Shown here: positions 20,503 through 30,767 of the stretch, one piece after another | How positions within the stretch are numbered: the first letter of the stretch is position 1 | Layout: every line of letters starts with the position of its first letter | From: Candidatus Latescibacterota bacterium | GTDB taxonomy: Bacteria > Latescibacterota > UBA2968 > GCA-2709665 | NCBI GenBank assembly: GCA_965116875.1 | Contig: OZ220733.1 | Coordinates: forward strand, 2,272,001 to 2,336,000 | Reading direction: 5' to 3' | Length of the DNA stretch: 64,000 nucleotides | The notes under the pieces: model-generated | Told to the model about the DNA's origin: nothing | Databases searched by the model: none | What the model saw: the letters and a program-made list of their open reading frames with translations, nothing else | Position numbers and translations under genes: made by a program

Positions 20503-22395
20503 CTATCGCAAGACGACTGCCGGCGCTGAATTGCCCGATTGCGCGGACTCGGCGTCCTTCGCTTCCGCGGGGGGCTCGGCATCGACGTGCGAAGCCACAA
20601 TGACGTCCGCTTTCTCCTTCGGTTGCGCCAGGTCGAAATACGCTTCCAGGACCCGCCCCGCGATGGGCGCCGCAACCGCGCCGCCGTGGCCCGCGTTTTC
20701 GACCACGACCGCGACGACGATTTCAGGGTAATGTGCGGGCGCAAGTGCGGTGAACCAGGCATGATCTTCGCCGTGGGGATTCTGCGCCGTGCCTGTCTTG
20801 CCAGCCACACGCACGCCTTCCACCCTGGCGCGTTTTCCAGTGCCGTACGGGTCCTCGACGACGTCCAGCATGATGCTTCGTACGGTCTTCAGGGTCTGTG
20901 CGGAAATCTGGACCGGCGTGGACTCGGGCTTCGTTTCCATAAGGATATGGGGCCGGGGTAGTTTTCCAACGGCCAGTACACTGATGTAACGGGCGATCTG
21001 GACGGGCGTTACAGACGTCTCACCCTGTCCTATGGTCAGATTCAGCATATACCCCTCCGCCCAGTGTCCGTAGCGTTCCTTATAATACGAACGGTCGGTC
21101 ACCAGACCTGCCGCTTCGCCGTCGCCTCCGCCGGCGATGTCGATCCCGGTCGGTTGACCGAATCCGAGCATTCTGGTGTAGCGACTCCAGTTGGCAATGC
21201 CCACCTTGCGACCCAACTGGTAGAAGTAGACGTCGCAGGACCGGACGAGCGCTCCTCGCAGCGACAACCGACCGCACCCCGTGGCATTGTGGCAGCGGAA
21301 AACCCTGTCTCCGAACTTCATTCTGCCACGGCACGGGCGGAAACGCGCCGTTTCCGAGTCGATCAGGCCCATTTCGAGGCCGGCGATCGCCGGAATCATC
21401 TTGAATACCGACGCAGGCGGGTATTCACCCCTTATGCTCCGGTTCAGAAGCGGATTTGACGTGTCGGCCTGCAGGTTCCGCCATTGGCGCAAGTTCCGGA
21501 TGGACCGCGGATGAAACCCGGGTTTGCTGACCATGGCAAGGATCTCCCCGTTGTTCGGATCCATTGCCACCAGGCTGCCTCTCAGCGAATCGGCAAACGC
21601 CGACTCCGCTGCCTGCTGCAATCGCCAGTCGAGGGTCAGGTGGATGTCGTTGCCACGCACGGGCCGGGCCGTCTTGTCGGGAAAGCTGCCGACCTCTCTG
21701 CCGAAGGCGTCCACTTCGATGAATCTCATGCCCTCCCGGCCCCTCAATTCCGACTCGCACAGGCGCTCAACGCCCCGCTTGCCGATCTGATCGTCCAGCC
21801 GGTAACCCATCTCCCGTTTGCGCTCATAGGTCTCCGCATTCATCAGCCCTACGTACCCGATGATGTGGGGCGCCAGGGGAAGGCCGCCGTTGTAGCTCAG
21901 ATATCCTCTCCGTGATTCGAATTGTATTTCCACGCCCGGCAGATCGTGGCGTTCTTCTTCCACCACGGAAACGACGTTGAATCCGACGTCGCGCAAGATT
22001 CTAACCGGCTCGTGGAAACGACGGTTTCGGTCCGCGAGTCGACGGTTGATGTGCTGTACCGGAAGACCCGCAACCTGACTGAGTCGGTTGACCACGTGCC
22101 CGCGAATCGCCAGATCGGTATTTCGGCGCAGTCGCTGCGGAAGCACGGAGATGGTGTACGAGGGACGATTGTCTACGAGGACCACGCCGTTGCGGTCCCT
22201 GATGAGACCGCGGCCGGCTTCGATAGGCACGACCTGCATTGTGTTCTTCTTGGATTGGATGCGGTAGCGTTCGCTGTCTGTAATCTGCAACCGAAACACT
22301 CCGACGAACAGTATGGCGAACAGTCCGATCACCACCGACATCATCCATCGCGCCCGGGTTTTCCGAAAGCCGTTATCCATAAAGTCGTCGTGCAT
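20503..22395 (-). CDS. mrdA: Penicillin-binding protein 2
   Basis: RGLIRDRNG, SVFK (SxxK), SCD, KTGTAQ motifs; between mreD and rodA (alternative start 22380). Confidence 0.93.
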   Translation of the reverse strand: MHDDFMDNGFRKTRARWMMSVVIGLFAILFVGVFRLQITDSERYRIQSKKNTMQVVPIEAGRGLIRDRNGVVLVDNRPSYTISVLPQRLRRNTDLAIRGHVVNRLSQVAGLPVQHINRRLADRNRRFHEPVRILRDVGFNVVSVVEEERHDLPGVEIQFESRRGYLSYNGGLPLAPHIIGYVGLMNAETYERKREMGYRLDDQIGKRGVERLCESELRGREGMRFIEVDAFGREVGSFPDKTARPVRGNDIHLTLDWRLQQAAESAFADSLRGSLVAMDPNNGEILAMVSKPGFHPRSIRNLRQWRNLQADTSNPLLNRSIRGEYPPASVFKMIPAIAGLEMGLIDSETARFRPCRGRMKFGDRVFRCHNATGCGRLSLRGALVRSCDVYFYQLGRKVGIANWSRYTRMLGFGQPTGIDIAGGGDGEAAGLVTDRSYYKERYGHWAEGYMLNLTIGQGETSVTPVQIARYISVLAVGKLPRPHILMETKPESTPVQISAQTLKTVRSIMLDVVEDPYGTGKRARVEGVRVAGKTGTAQNPHGEDHAWFTALAPAHYPEIVVAVVVENAGHGGAVAAPIAGRVLEAYFDLAQPKEKADVIVASHVDAEPPAEAKDAESAQSGNSAPAVVLR

Positions 22396-22882
22396 CGAGG
22401 TAAATCCCCTTGTTGAAACGAATGGACAATACCAGCGAAATGGCGACTCCAACGACTGCGGTGTATAATGCCGTCCCGAATCCGAACCTGAAAATCAACC
22501 ACGGTATCGCATCCGGATTCGAGAGAATATTGGCAAACAGAAAGTATATCAGGTCGTGCAGAACGACTGCTACGAACAGCAGCAGAGCCTGTACCCGGAG
22601 ATCTTCGAAACTGACGCCCGTCCGAAAGTGTCCGATGGAAAACCCGACCACGCTGTTGGCGAGCGCATTGACTCCCATCGTCTCGGGGCTGTAGACATCC
22701 AGCAGAAACCCGGATGCGAATCCGTAAAGGGTGCCTTCAATCCGTCCGCCGCGTAAGCCCAGGTAAACCAGTACGATGATCACAAGGTCCGGGCCGACGT
22801 CCAGAATTCGGACCGAATGCGCCCAGGAAGTCTGAATCAGCAGCGCCAGGGCGATGAGCAGAAGGTTTCGAACAACTCTCAC
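22373..22882 (-). CDS. mreD: Rod shape-determining protein MreD
   Basis: Hydrophobic 169 aa; PDL..., GFASGFLLD motif; immediately upstream of mrdA. Confidence 0.85.
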   Translation of the reverse strand: MRVVRNLLLIALALLIQTSWAHSVRILDVGPDLVIIVLVYLGLRGGRIEGTLYGFASGFLLDVYSPETMGVNALANSVVGFSIGHFRTGVSFEDLRVQALLLFVAVVLHDLIYFLFANILSNPDAIPWLIFRFGFGTALYTAVVGVAISLVLSIRFNKGIYLDARRLYG

Positions 22883-22924
22883 AGGCGACGGATGGGGCGT
22901 GGGCGTATCCTCCTCCTGGTTGAC

Positions 22925-24811
22925 TCAGTCCACCGTCCGGAACCCGGACGGGCGAATCAGAAGCCGGGCGCCCACCCTCAGGCTTGCGGGTTTCCGTATA
23001 CGGTTCCATTTCTTAAGGTCGTTGACGCGGATACGGAAACTGCGGGCAATGTCCCAGAGCGTATCCCCCCGCCGTACAATATAGAATTCGCCGTGACGCC
23101 CTGCAGGATCGGCCAGGGCGACGTGAGAAGCCTCAGGCCTCCAGATGATCAGCCGGTCTCCGGGCGTAATGTGTTTCCTGATGTGGTTCCACGACCGGAT
23201 CTGGTTTGGGGTGACCCCATACCTGCGTCCGATTTCCCACAGGGTGTCCCCCTTCCTGACACGGTGCGCGACTTTCCCGTGGGTGTCCGGATCGGGCGTC
23301 GCTTTCGCGCGCGCAAGTTTTCTCGTCGTACGACCGGATTCGCCAGTCGGAAAGATCGGGATCTTCAGCACGGTGCCCACGCGTATGCGCCTGGGATTTT
23401 TAATGTTGTTCGCATCGAGCACGACACTGACGGGAACTCTCATCTGCCGCGCGATGGCGGAAATCGTATCTCCGTAACGCATCCGGTACTCGACGATCTG
23501 CTTTTTCCGGCTGGCCGGCAGTCGGGCATAATTGGCTTTGAACCTCTCGGCTGTACCGGCCGGTATTTTGAGTTTGTAGGGCCCGCGCGACGACGGCGCC
23601 GTGTAACCCAGCCGAAGTTCCGGATTGAGGTTGCGCATGCGTGCGTACGTTGTCCCCGCGCATTCGGCGGCCACCCGGAGGCTGACCCATTCCGATACCG
23701 GTACCATGTCGAATTTCGTCGGCGCCTGATAGGCCACGTCGTGAAAACCGAACCACTCCGGATCCCTGGAGATGATCAGAGCCGCCATAAACCTCGGTAC
23801 GTGTCGTCGGGTTTCCCGCGGAAGGCCCTTCAACTTCCAGAAATCACTCGTACCCGAACGCTCGATGATGCGTTGAAGCCGACCCTGCCCGCAGTTATAC
23901 GCGGCTATGACGAGACGCCAGTCGCCAAACAACCCGTAAAGATGCTTGATATGCCTGATGGCCGCGCGCGTGGACTTTTCGGGGTCGCGGCGTTCATCGA
24001 TACCGCTGGTGTTCCTGAGACCATAAAGCCGCGCCGTGCCTCCCACGAACTGCCAGATTCCCACCGCCCTGGCCCGAGAATAGGCCCTCGGGTTGAAGCC
24101 GCTTTCAATCATTGCCTTGTAGACAAGGTCCTCGGGCAGACCCGCTTCACGCAGGGCATTGCGAATCATCGGGACATAAAGAGGCGATCGTGAAAGCCAG
24201 GCCTTGAATGCCTTCCGGGCGGTTGTCCGGAAATAACGGATCGTCTTGACCACCTCGGAGTTGTAGTCGACCGGAACGTCGGCGGAACCTGCCAGTTTTC
24301 GCACATAGAGATCTTTGTAGTTGACGTCATCACGCAAGTGCGGGACGAGGCTGTCGGGAATCGCGTCGAGCAGCCTCGCCAATACGGAATTCGGCGGCAC
24401 GAGCGCGGACGGAGGGAGCATTTCCCGATAGCGCTCGAACGTCGCGCTGAGCAATTCGAGATGGCGCGCCGGCGGAAGGGACCGGGTGACCGCGGAATCG
24501 GTGAGCAGAATGCTTATGCGTTCCACGGACATCGCAGAACTGTTCTGCCGGACCTCGTTGAGTGTCTCCAGGGCTCGCCGAATTCGTTCGTGTCTTTCCC
24601 GACGAGGCCGATCCGTCCCGACTGTCGAGGAATCCGCGACGGTCACCGGGGGCCGGACCGCTTTCGGCGGCGTTTCCGCATCGGGAAACGTCGCAACCTG
24701 CTTCGTGGTGGAACACCCCGAAAGCAGCAACGTCACAAGAAGGCTGCAATACGCGACGCCACGGTTCAGCGGACTGACACTCATCTGCAGATTCTGGAAA
24801 AGTCGATCCAT
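22925..24811 (-). CDS. Lytic transglycosylase (SLT domain + three LysM), MltD-like lipoprotein
   Basis: Lipobox LLSGC; MIESGF, AVGIWQF, DERRDP, AAYNCG; three LysM repeats (YGDTISAIA, KGDTLWEIG, RGDTLWDIA). Confidence 0.9.
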   Translation of the reverse strand: MDRLFQNLQMSVSPLNRGVAYCSLLVTLLLSGCSTTKQVATFPDAETPPKAVRPPVTVADSSTVGTDRPRRERHERIRRALETLNEVRQNSSAMSVERISILLTDSAVTRSLPPARHLELLSATFERYREMLPPSALVPPNSVLARLLDAIPDSLVPHLRDDVNYKDLYVRKLAGSADVPVDYNSEVVKTIRYFRTTARKAFKAWLSRSPLYVPMIRNALREAGLPEDLVYKAMIESGFNPRAYSRARAVGIWQFVGGTARLYGLRNTSGIDERRDPEKSTRAAIRHIKHLYGLFGDWRLVIAAYNCGQGRLQRIIERSGTSDFWKLKGLPRETRRHVPRFMAALIISRDPEWFGFHDVAYQAPTKFDMVPVSEWVSLRVAAECAGTTYARMRNLNPELRLGYTAPSSRGPYKLKIPAGTAERFKANYARLPASRKKQIVEYRMRYGDTISAIARQMRVPVSVVLDANNIKNPRRIRVGTVLKIPIFPTGESGRTTRKLARAKATPDPDTHGKVAHRVRKGDTLWEIGRRYGVTPNQIRSWNHIRKHITPGDRLIIWRPEASHVALADPAGRHGEFYIVRRGDTLWDIARSFRIRVNDLKKWNRIRKPASLRVGARLLIRPSGFRTVD

Positions 24812-24924
24812 AAACACGGCCACCGGAGACTCCGATGAACGGGTAACGGACCGGTCGCGCAAAGCAGGCCTGCATTTGCGGCGGCCACGGCAACATGACC
24901 GCTCGCGGTCATTCCCGTACGCGT

Positions 24925-25707
24925 TCAGTTGTCGGTTGTCTGAGCTGTGGATACTTCAATCTGTGTACGGACCACGAAGGGTGTCTCGTATCCGTACGTC
25001 TGCAGCCTTTCCATGAGCCTTTCCGCGGCTTCCCGCGTTCGGAAATTTCCAATCCGTACCTTGAAGTACGGGGGCTCCGATTCTATGTAGACGTCGTCCT
25101 GTCCCAGAGTGCCACGGACATTTTCCATCTCGCCTTCGGCGGCTGCCCTGTTCGATGCAGCGAATATTTGAACGCGGAATCCGGCTACCGGTTCCGGTCC
25201 GTAAACCGCGGCGCGAGGGATTTCGATTCTGGTACGTACGATGAATGCTTCCTGGTACCCCTGGCCCTTGGCAAGGTGACGCAGGGCTTCAACCTCCGTC
25301 GCGGTTCGTCCGTTTCCCGCGTGAATCTTGTGCAGGCCAGTGTCCGGGTCACGGTAGACGTAAACCGTGACGCCCAGTTTCGCCTCCGCTTCGTTCCTGA
25401 CGACCCGGGCCCGCTCAGCACTCGACACAACCGCGACCTGCACGCGGAATCCGTCCACGTGAACGTAGGAAGCCGCCGGCGCGCCGGTTTGATCGACGCG
25501 GGTTGTCTCCGCCCCGGCGGGCGGTTTCAGCAGGAAGTCATCGTCGTTCAGGCCCTGCGGATCGAAATCCTCTGTAATGACCGCTGCAGGGGGAGCGATT
25601 CTCCGGCCGGGCGCCGCGCATGCCGCATTCAACGCCAGCAGACCGCCCAGGAGAAGAACTCCGTATCGTCGTGTGATCGAACAGGACACGGCCAGCCGTC
25701 CCAACAT
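24925..25707 (-). CDS. SPOR-domain lipoprotein (two SPOR domains)
   Basis: LNAAC lipobox-like; GFRVQVAV...EAFIV and GFRVQIFA...YFKVRIGNF...PFVV. Confidence 0.85.
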   Translation of the reverse strand: MLGRLAVSCSITRRYGVLLLGGLLALNAACAAPGRRIAPPAAVITEDFDPQGLNDDDFLLKPPAGAETTRVDQTGAPAASYVHVDGFRVQVAVVSSAERARVVRNEAEAKLGVTVYVYRDPDTGLHKIHAGNGRTATEVEALRHLAKGQGYQEAFIVRTRIEIPRAAVYGPEPVAGFRVQIFAASNRAAAEGEMENVRGTLGQDDVYIESEPPYFKVRIGNFRTREAAERLMERLQTYGYETPFVVRTQIEVSTAQTTDN

Positions 25708-25737
25708 CTTGTGATCTTGAAAAGTGTACTACACCAT

Positions 25738-25766
25738 ATATTACGGCACAAAGTTGACTTTGTCAA
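25738..25766 (-). promoter_or_regulatory. Putative sigma70 promoter of SPOR-rodA operon with overlapping palindrome
   Basis: TTGACA-17 nt-TAATAT on minus strand; ACAAAGT-TG-ACTTTGT at 25748-25763. Confidence 0.55.
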
Positions 25767-25958
25767 TAGATTGAGGTTCGTTATTTACGGAAAATAAGGT
25801 ATTTAGACTACTTTTTCGCATTTGACTGAGGACATGGTCCCGCTATCTGCCCCGTGTACCGGAAATCGGCTTCTTTGAACGGCCCGACCCTTTCCCTGAA
25901 GGGCCGGATTACCGGACGGAGACTCCCGTGGAAAACCACGAATACGTACAGTTGTTAA

Positions 25959-26966
25959 TCACGCTGGCAGCGCCAGGATGAGGACCCACATGGATTGTTT
26001 CCCCACGGTATAAATCCTTAATGGACACAGCCGGCCGCTTTTTTCGTCAATCCGGTAAGACGCCAGTTTTCCGGAATCCTGGCCCCCGGCAAAGAGAAAA
26101 CGACCCGTGGGGTCGATCCCGAATGCCCTGGGTACGGGTTCCGTGGGCTGAATGCCAATTCCCGTGAGCCGGCCGGTACCGTCAACCGAAAAACACGCAA
26201 TGCTGTCATGGCCCCGGTTGGAAACATAGAGAAACCTGCCCGAGGGGTGCATGTGAATCTGGGCGCAGGTGTTTTCGCCCATGAAGCCTTCAGGCAGGGT
26301 GGACTGTGTCTGCACGGGTTCGAGTACGCCTGAGGAGGTGTCGAGTGAATATGCGGTTACGCTGCTGCCCTGTTCATTGGAACCGTAGACCGTATCCAGT
26401 TCAGGATGGAACGCCAGGTGCCGGGGGCCCATGTCGGGTTCGTGGGACGTCCGCGAGACCTCACGCAGCGTGCCCGTGTCCTCGTCGAAACGAAATCCTA
26501 TAATGGTGTTGGATTCTCCCACGTGCGGCAGGAATGCCAGACGATTCGACGGATCCGTAAGAATGAAGTGGGCTTTCTGCAACGTTTTGGATGTGTGGAC
26601 CGGCGAGTCGCTCAGCGTCCCGTCCTGCCTGATGGCGTGCACGTATGCCATCCCACCGCCGTAGGAAGCCGAGAGCAGAAAGCGTCCTTTTCGATCCGTA
26701 CTCAGATAACACGCGTCGGCTTCCACGGAAACCGAGCCCAGAAGGGCAACCCCACCCGTGCCGGCATCGATTGAATAGGCTGAGATCTCGCGAGCGCCGC
26801 GCCTGCTGAGATACAGGTACCCTCGACCCGGATCGACCGCAAGCGGCCCGGGCGCGCCTTCGGCTGGGATGCTGTATTCGAAATCGAGATCGCCGGTACC
26901 GGGATCCATCCGGTACTTCAAAATCCTGTCTTCGCTGGAAACGGTAATGTACGCGTGGTAGTTCAT
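25959..26966 (-). CDS. Lactonase family 7-bladed beta-propeller (6-phosphogluconolactonase-like)
   Basis: GPRHLAFHP, FLYVSNRGHDSIA, PRAFGIDPTGRFL motifs; GGAG RBS. Confidence 0.88.
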   Translation of the reverse strand: MNYHAYITVSSEDRILKYRMDPGTGDLDFEYSIPAEGAPGPLAVDPGRGYLYLSRRGAREISAYSIDAGTGGVALLGSVSVEADACYLSTDRKGRFLLSASYGGGMAYVHAIRQDGTLSDSPVHTSKTLQKAHFILTDPSNRLAFLPHVGESNTIIGFRFDEDTGTLREVSRTSHEPDMGPRHLAFHPELDTVYGSNEQGSSVTAYSLDTSSGVLEPVQTQSTLPEGFMGENTCAQIHMHPSGRFLYVSNRGHDSIACFSVDGTGRLTGIGIQPTEPVPRAFGIDPTGRFLFAGGQDSGKLASYRIDEKSGRLCPLRIYTVGKQSMWVLILALPA

Positions 26967-27568
26967 CGACTCTCCGTTCAACGACGGGCATCCAATGTGG
27001 TTCTGTTTTCCTTTGCAGAACACGAGACCGGCGGGATGACCATGGCTCCAGTCTGTCGCCAGCGAGGTGTATTAATCTGGTTTCGCAACATTATAATTTG
27101 CCTGCATCATGCGCGCAAGTGTTTTCTGTATCGGTATTTAGAGCGAATTCGGGGAGGTCTCGACCGTGTCAGGACATCGCGCACAGACATGTTTCAAGGC
27201 GGGTTCGCAGACCACCGCGGATCGGATTTTTACGATCGGAAGGACGTACGGGATTCCCACTTCAGGGCCGGATTTGTCTTGACCCTGCTTTCGCCACGAT
27301 GTATATTTCAACGTGTTCCCAACCGACCGGTTCGAATTCTCGAAACAACCGTGAGCGTATTTATAAGTCTTTGAAAATAAATAACATGAAATTGTCACTC
27401 CGTGCCTTCAGGGAAAGACCGAAGTGCCCTGGAGGCTGAACATACGGCGGCCTTTCGGAGGCCAGGCCCGGTTGACGGCTATCGCCCGTTGTCGAGGTTA
27501 TCTCGACAGCGGGCGTTTTGTTTGCCTGACGCAGCCGCGCACAAAACTCGAATGAAAGGAGAACGGCA

Positions 27569-27629
27569 ATGCCACACATCCTCGTTGATCGTCTGGTGAA
27601 AACCTTTCGCGTAGCTGAACGCAAACCTG
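27569..27629 (+). pseudogene. 20-codon N-terminal remnant of an ABC-2 type ATP-binding gene
   Basis: AAAGGAG RBS then MPHILVDRLVKTFRVAERKP, resembling an ATPase N-terminus, running out of frame into the permease. Confidence 0.6.
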
Positions 27630-27656
27630 TACGTCACGGTCTCCGTCCGCGGCCAG

Positions 27657-28403
27657 ATGCAGTACCGGGCTTCATTTGTCATGCTGGCCGCGGGATACTC
27701 TCTGATGACCGGGCTGGATTTCGTCGCCCTATGGGTGCTGTTCGATCATTTCGGAAGCATCCGGGGATGGACCCTTCCCGAAGTGGCGCTGCTCTACGGC
27801 ATGGTCAATATCGCATTCGCTCTGGCCGAGGGCATGGCCCGGGGATTTGACACTTTCGGGACGTGGGTGAAGAGCGGTAATTTCGACCGGCTTTTGCTGC
27901 GCCCGAGAAGTACCGTCCTGCAACTGGCCGGCCAGGAACTCCACCTCCTGCGCATTGGGCGGTTGCTCCAGGGGCTTGCCGTACTCCTGTGGGTGCAGTA
28001 CACGCTGGAGGTGCCCTGGACTGCCGCCACGGCAGCGCTGGCGGTTGGCGCGATTCTGGGTGGAGTCGGCCTTTTTACAGGCTTGTTCATCCTTCAGGCC
28101 ACGCTCGCCTTCTGGACGACGGAGGGCCTGGAAATCGCCAACGCCCTCACCAACGGCGGCACCGAGACCGCCCAGTATCCTCTGGTGATCTACCCCGGCT
28201 GGTTCCGCCGCCTCTTCACCTACGTGGTCCCGCTGGCCGGTATTACCTACTTTCCGGCCCTGGCGATACTTGGCAGGGACGACCCCCTTGGTTCAGCCAC
28301 GTGGATGCATTGGCTGTCGCCTCTCGGAGGCATGATATTCCTGCTCATGGCTCTGCGCGTGTGGCGCCTTGGGGTCCGCCACTATACGTCGACCGGAAGT
28401 TGA
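27657..28403 (+). CDS. ABC-2 family permease (DUF990-like), probably 5'-truncated
   Basis: QMQYRASF, GWT..EV, GNFDRLLLRPRS, YPL.IYP, YTSTGS C-terminus; frame extends upstream as LYVTVSVRG with no start codon. Confidence 0.8.
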   Translation: MQYRASFVMLAAGYSLMTGLDFVALWVLFDHFGSIRGWTLPEVALLYGMVNIAFALAEGMARGFDTFGTWVKSGNFDRLLLRPRSTVLQLAGQELHLLRIGRLLQGLAVLLWVQYTLEVPWTAATAALAVGAILGGVGLFTGLFILQATLAFWTTEGLEIANALTNGGTETAQYPLVIYPGWFRRLFTYVVPLAGITYFPALAILGRDDPLGSATWMHWLSPLGGMIFLLMALRVWRLGVRHYTSTGS

Positions 28404-28643
28404 TTCCCTGGCGACTTCCCGGGTTCGCGTGTGCCTGGCTGGCACACCCCCCGGTATGGCTGCTGGCGGAACGGGTTGAAATCAACTTGGGATTTGGCTA
28501 CTTTCCATACCTGAAGACCAGCGTGGAGCCGTCAGCTATCAGCCGTCAGCCAAAAAACGAAAGGCAAGATCAAAGGCAACCCCTTCAGCCGGCCCCACAG
28601 ACCTTTTACCACGACCCCGTACCGAGTTGTTTATACAAACGAA

Positions 28644-30767
28644 ATGATCGATCTTTCGCTATACGACACGATCTGGCTGGTTGGCGCAGCCATCGCCGCC
28701 GGGCTGCTCTGGGGTATTTTCGTATCCGCGATCAAGCGCAGGGGCACGCCGCCCCCACTGCTGCTGTTGATTCTGGCGGGCGCGCTGTGGTATACGGGCG
28801 ATGCGCTGCGGGTATTGATACAACAGGCGTCGCCCGGCGCTCTTGCGGCGACATATGCGGCCCAGATCGCGCGCTTCGGGATGTGCTTTCTACCTTCCGC
28901 GCTACTGGCGACGGTGCTGATTGCGGCCGACCAACGGGAATCCCGGATCGCCCGCGGGATACGCCGCAATCTGGTTGTACTCGCGGTCGTGCCGGGCTTG
29001 ATCGTATTCCTGATCGGTTTGTGGGAAATGCCACACAAGCGGGCGGGCTTCAGCCTGTACGCGATTCTGGCGCTGCTGTATTCGGCGTGGCTTTGCCGGG
29101 GGTTCGCCGGACAACTGACAACGGAGGTTCAACGGTCGTTCTACCGGCTGACGGCTCTCGCGCTGACGGGTATCGCGGTATTGGCCGGCGCGGCGTATCC
29201 GATGGGGGGAGTCGATCTTCCGCTCGCGGGACCGGCGCTCGACCTCGCGCTGTTCCTGTCGCCAATCGCGCCCGCCTACATTCTCGGCTACTACATTTAT
29301 CGGTACAGCTTTTTCCGGATCGTTGTGAATCCCGCGCTGCTCTATTCCGCGCTGACCGGTATCGTCCTCACGGTCTATCTCCTCGTCATCCGACGCGTCG
29401 CCGAGGAACTCGGACGCCTGGGCGGCGGGTTCCGGGTGGAAGTCGTTGAAGCGGTGCTGATCTCACTTCTGATCTTTCTCTTTCAGCCGGTCAAGAATCG
29501 GCTGCAGGGGGCCATCAACCGGCTGTTCTTCAAGGCGCGGTACGAATACCAGCACCTGCTGGGGACGCTGAGCCAGACGCTGAACGTGCCGGATGCCCTG
29601 GAAAGCCGCTTGAAGGCGGTTGTGGACGCCGTGGGCACTGTACTGAAGGTACACCTCGTTTCGCTGGTGCTGTTTGACAGCGAGGAAGGGCGCATCGATG
29701 CCGTGAGGGTGATTTCGGGAGGCGGGCTGGCCGGATTCGATCCGCCCACGGCGCCTTTCAGCCGAACCGGGGGGGGCCATGAGCAGGTTCGGCAGGTGGC
29801 GGACTGGATGTTGTCCCACCGGAGAGCGCTCGACGTGGGCGAATTGCATCGTCCGGCTCTTGCAGCGGTGCTCGCGGAACAGGGCGTCCGGCTTTGCATA
29901 CCGGTATACCACGAGGAAAAGCTCGCCGGATTTCTTTGCCTTGGAGAGAAAAAACGCAGCGTGCCCTTTTCGCCGGAGGAATGGGAGTTGCTGGGTACGC
30001 TGTGCAATCAGATTGCGCTGGCGGTGGAGAATACCCGCCTGGTCGAGCGCAGGCTTCAGTTGGAACGACGCATGTACGAGGCGGAGCGGCTTTCTGCGCT
30101 GGGACTGCTCTCGGCGAGCATCGCTCACGAAGTAAAGAATCCATTGAGTTCGATGAAGGCGATTACGACCGTGCTGCGGGAAGACCTGGAGGATGATCCT
30201 GAAAAAGCCGGCGATCTGTCAGTTGTGTTGAACGAAATCGAACGGTTGGGCCGCGTGGTGGACAGGCTGCTCAGGTTTGCGCAACCGAAACACGGGGATA
30301 CTTTCGAGCCCGTGGACATCAGGGGCGTACTCGAAGACGTCGTCCTGATCCTGTCGCACGAAGCCGAACGGCGGAGGGTGGAGATCCGGGCCGAGGTGGC
30401 CGGCGGCCTGGTCGTTACCGGAGATCCTGAAGATCTGAAAGAGGTGTTTTTCAATCTGATCCTGAACGGAATCCAGGCGATGGACGACTCGGACCGGCCG
30501 ACGGACCGGCGGCTGACGGTACGCGCGGGGCGGTCGGGCAGGGGCGTCTCGGTTTCGGTAGCTGACACCGGGCCGGGGATATCAGCGGAGGCGCTCTCTC
30601 GCGTCTTCGAACCGTTCTTTACCACAAAGGCTTCGGGGACGGGCCTGGGGCTTGCCATTGTCAAACGGGACGTGGAGCGCATGGGAGGATCGATTACGGT
30701 TTCGAACGGGGAGGAGGCCGGGGCGGTTTTCGAGGTTCAACTTGCTGGAGTGGACCATGCGGCATAA
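28644..30767 (+). CDS. Membrane sensor histidine kinase (multi-TM, GAF, HisKA, HATPase)
   Basis: About 8 TM segments; IAHEVKNPL H-box, NLILNG, DTGPGI, FFTTK, GTGLGL. Confidence 0.92.
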   Translation: MIDLSLYDTIWLVGAAIAAGLLWGIFVSAIKRRGTPPPLLLLILAGALWYTGDALRVLIQQASPGALAATYAAQIARFGMCFLPSALLATVLIAADQRESRIARGIRRNLVVLAVVPGLIVFLIGLWEMPHKRAGFSLYAILALLYSAWLCRGFAGQLTTEVQRSFYRLTALALTGIAVLAGAAYPMGGVDLPLAGPALDLALFLSPIAPAYILGYYIYRYSFFRIVVNPALLYSALTGIVLTVYLLVIRRVAEELGRLGGGFRVEVVEAVLISLLIFLFQPVKNRLQGAINRLFFKARYEYQHLLGTLSQTLNVPDALESRLKAVVDAVGTVLKVHLVSLVLFDSEEGRIDAVRVISGGGLAGFDPPTAPFSRTGGGHEQVRQVADWMLSHRRALDVGELHRPALAAVLAEQGVRLCIPVYHEEKLAGFLCLGEKKRSVPFSPEEWELLGTLCNQIALAVENTRLVERRLQLERRMYEAERLSALGLLSASIAHEVKNPLSSMKAITTVLREDLEDDPEKAGDLSVVLNEIERLGRVVDRLLRFAQPKHGDTFEPVDIRGVLEDVVLILSHEAERRRVEIRAEVAGGLVVTGDPEDLKEVFFNLILNGIQAMDDSDRPTDRRLTVRAGRSGRGVSVSVADTGPGISAEALSRVFEPFFTTKASGTGLGLAIVKRDVERMGGSITVSNGEEAGAVFEVQLAGVDHAA

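Noticed and set aside
26970-27560. Short ORFs and an AT-rich patch in the lactonase/ABC intergenic region
   Set aside because: No protein motifs, RNA family or clear promoter that I could support.
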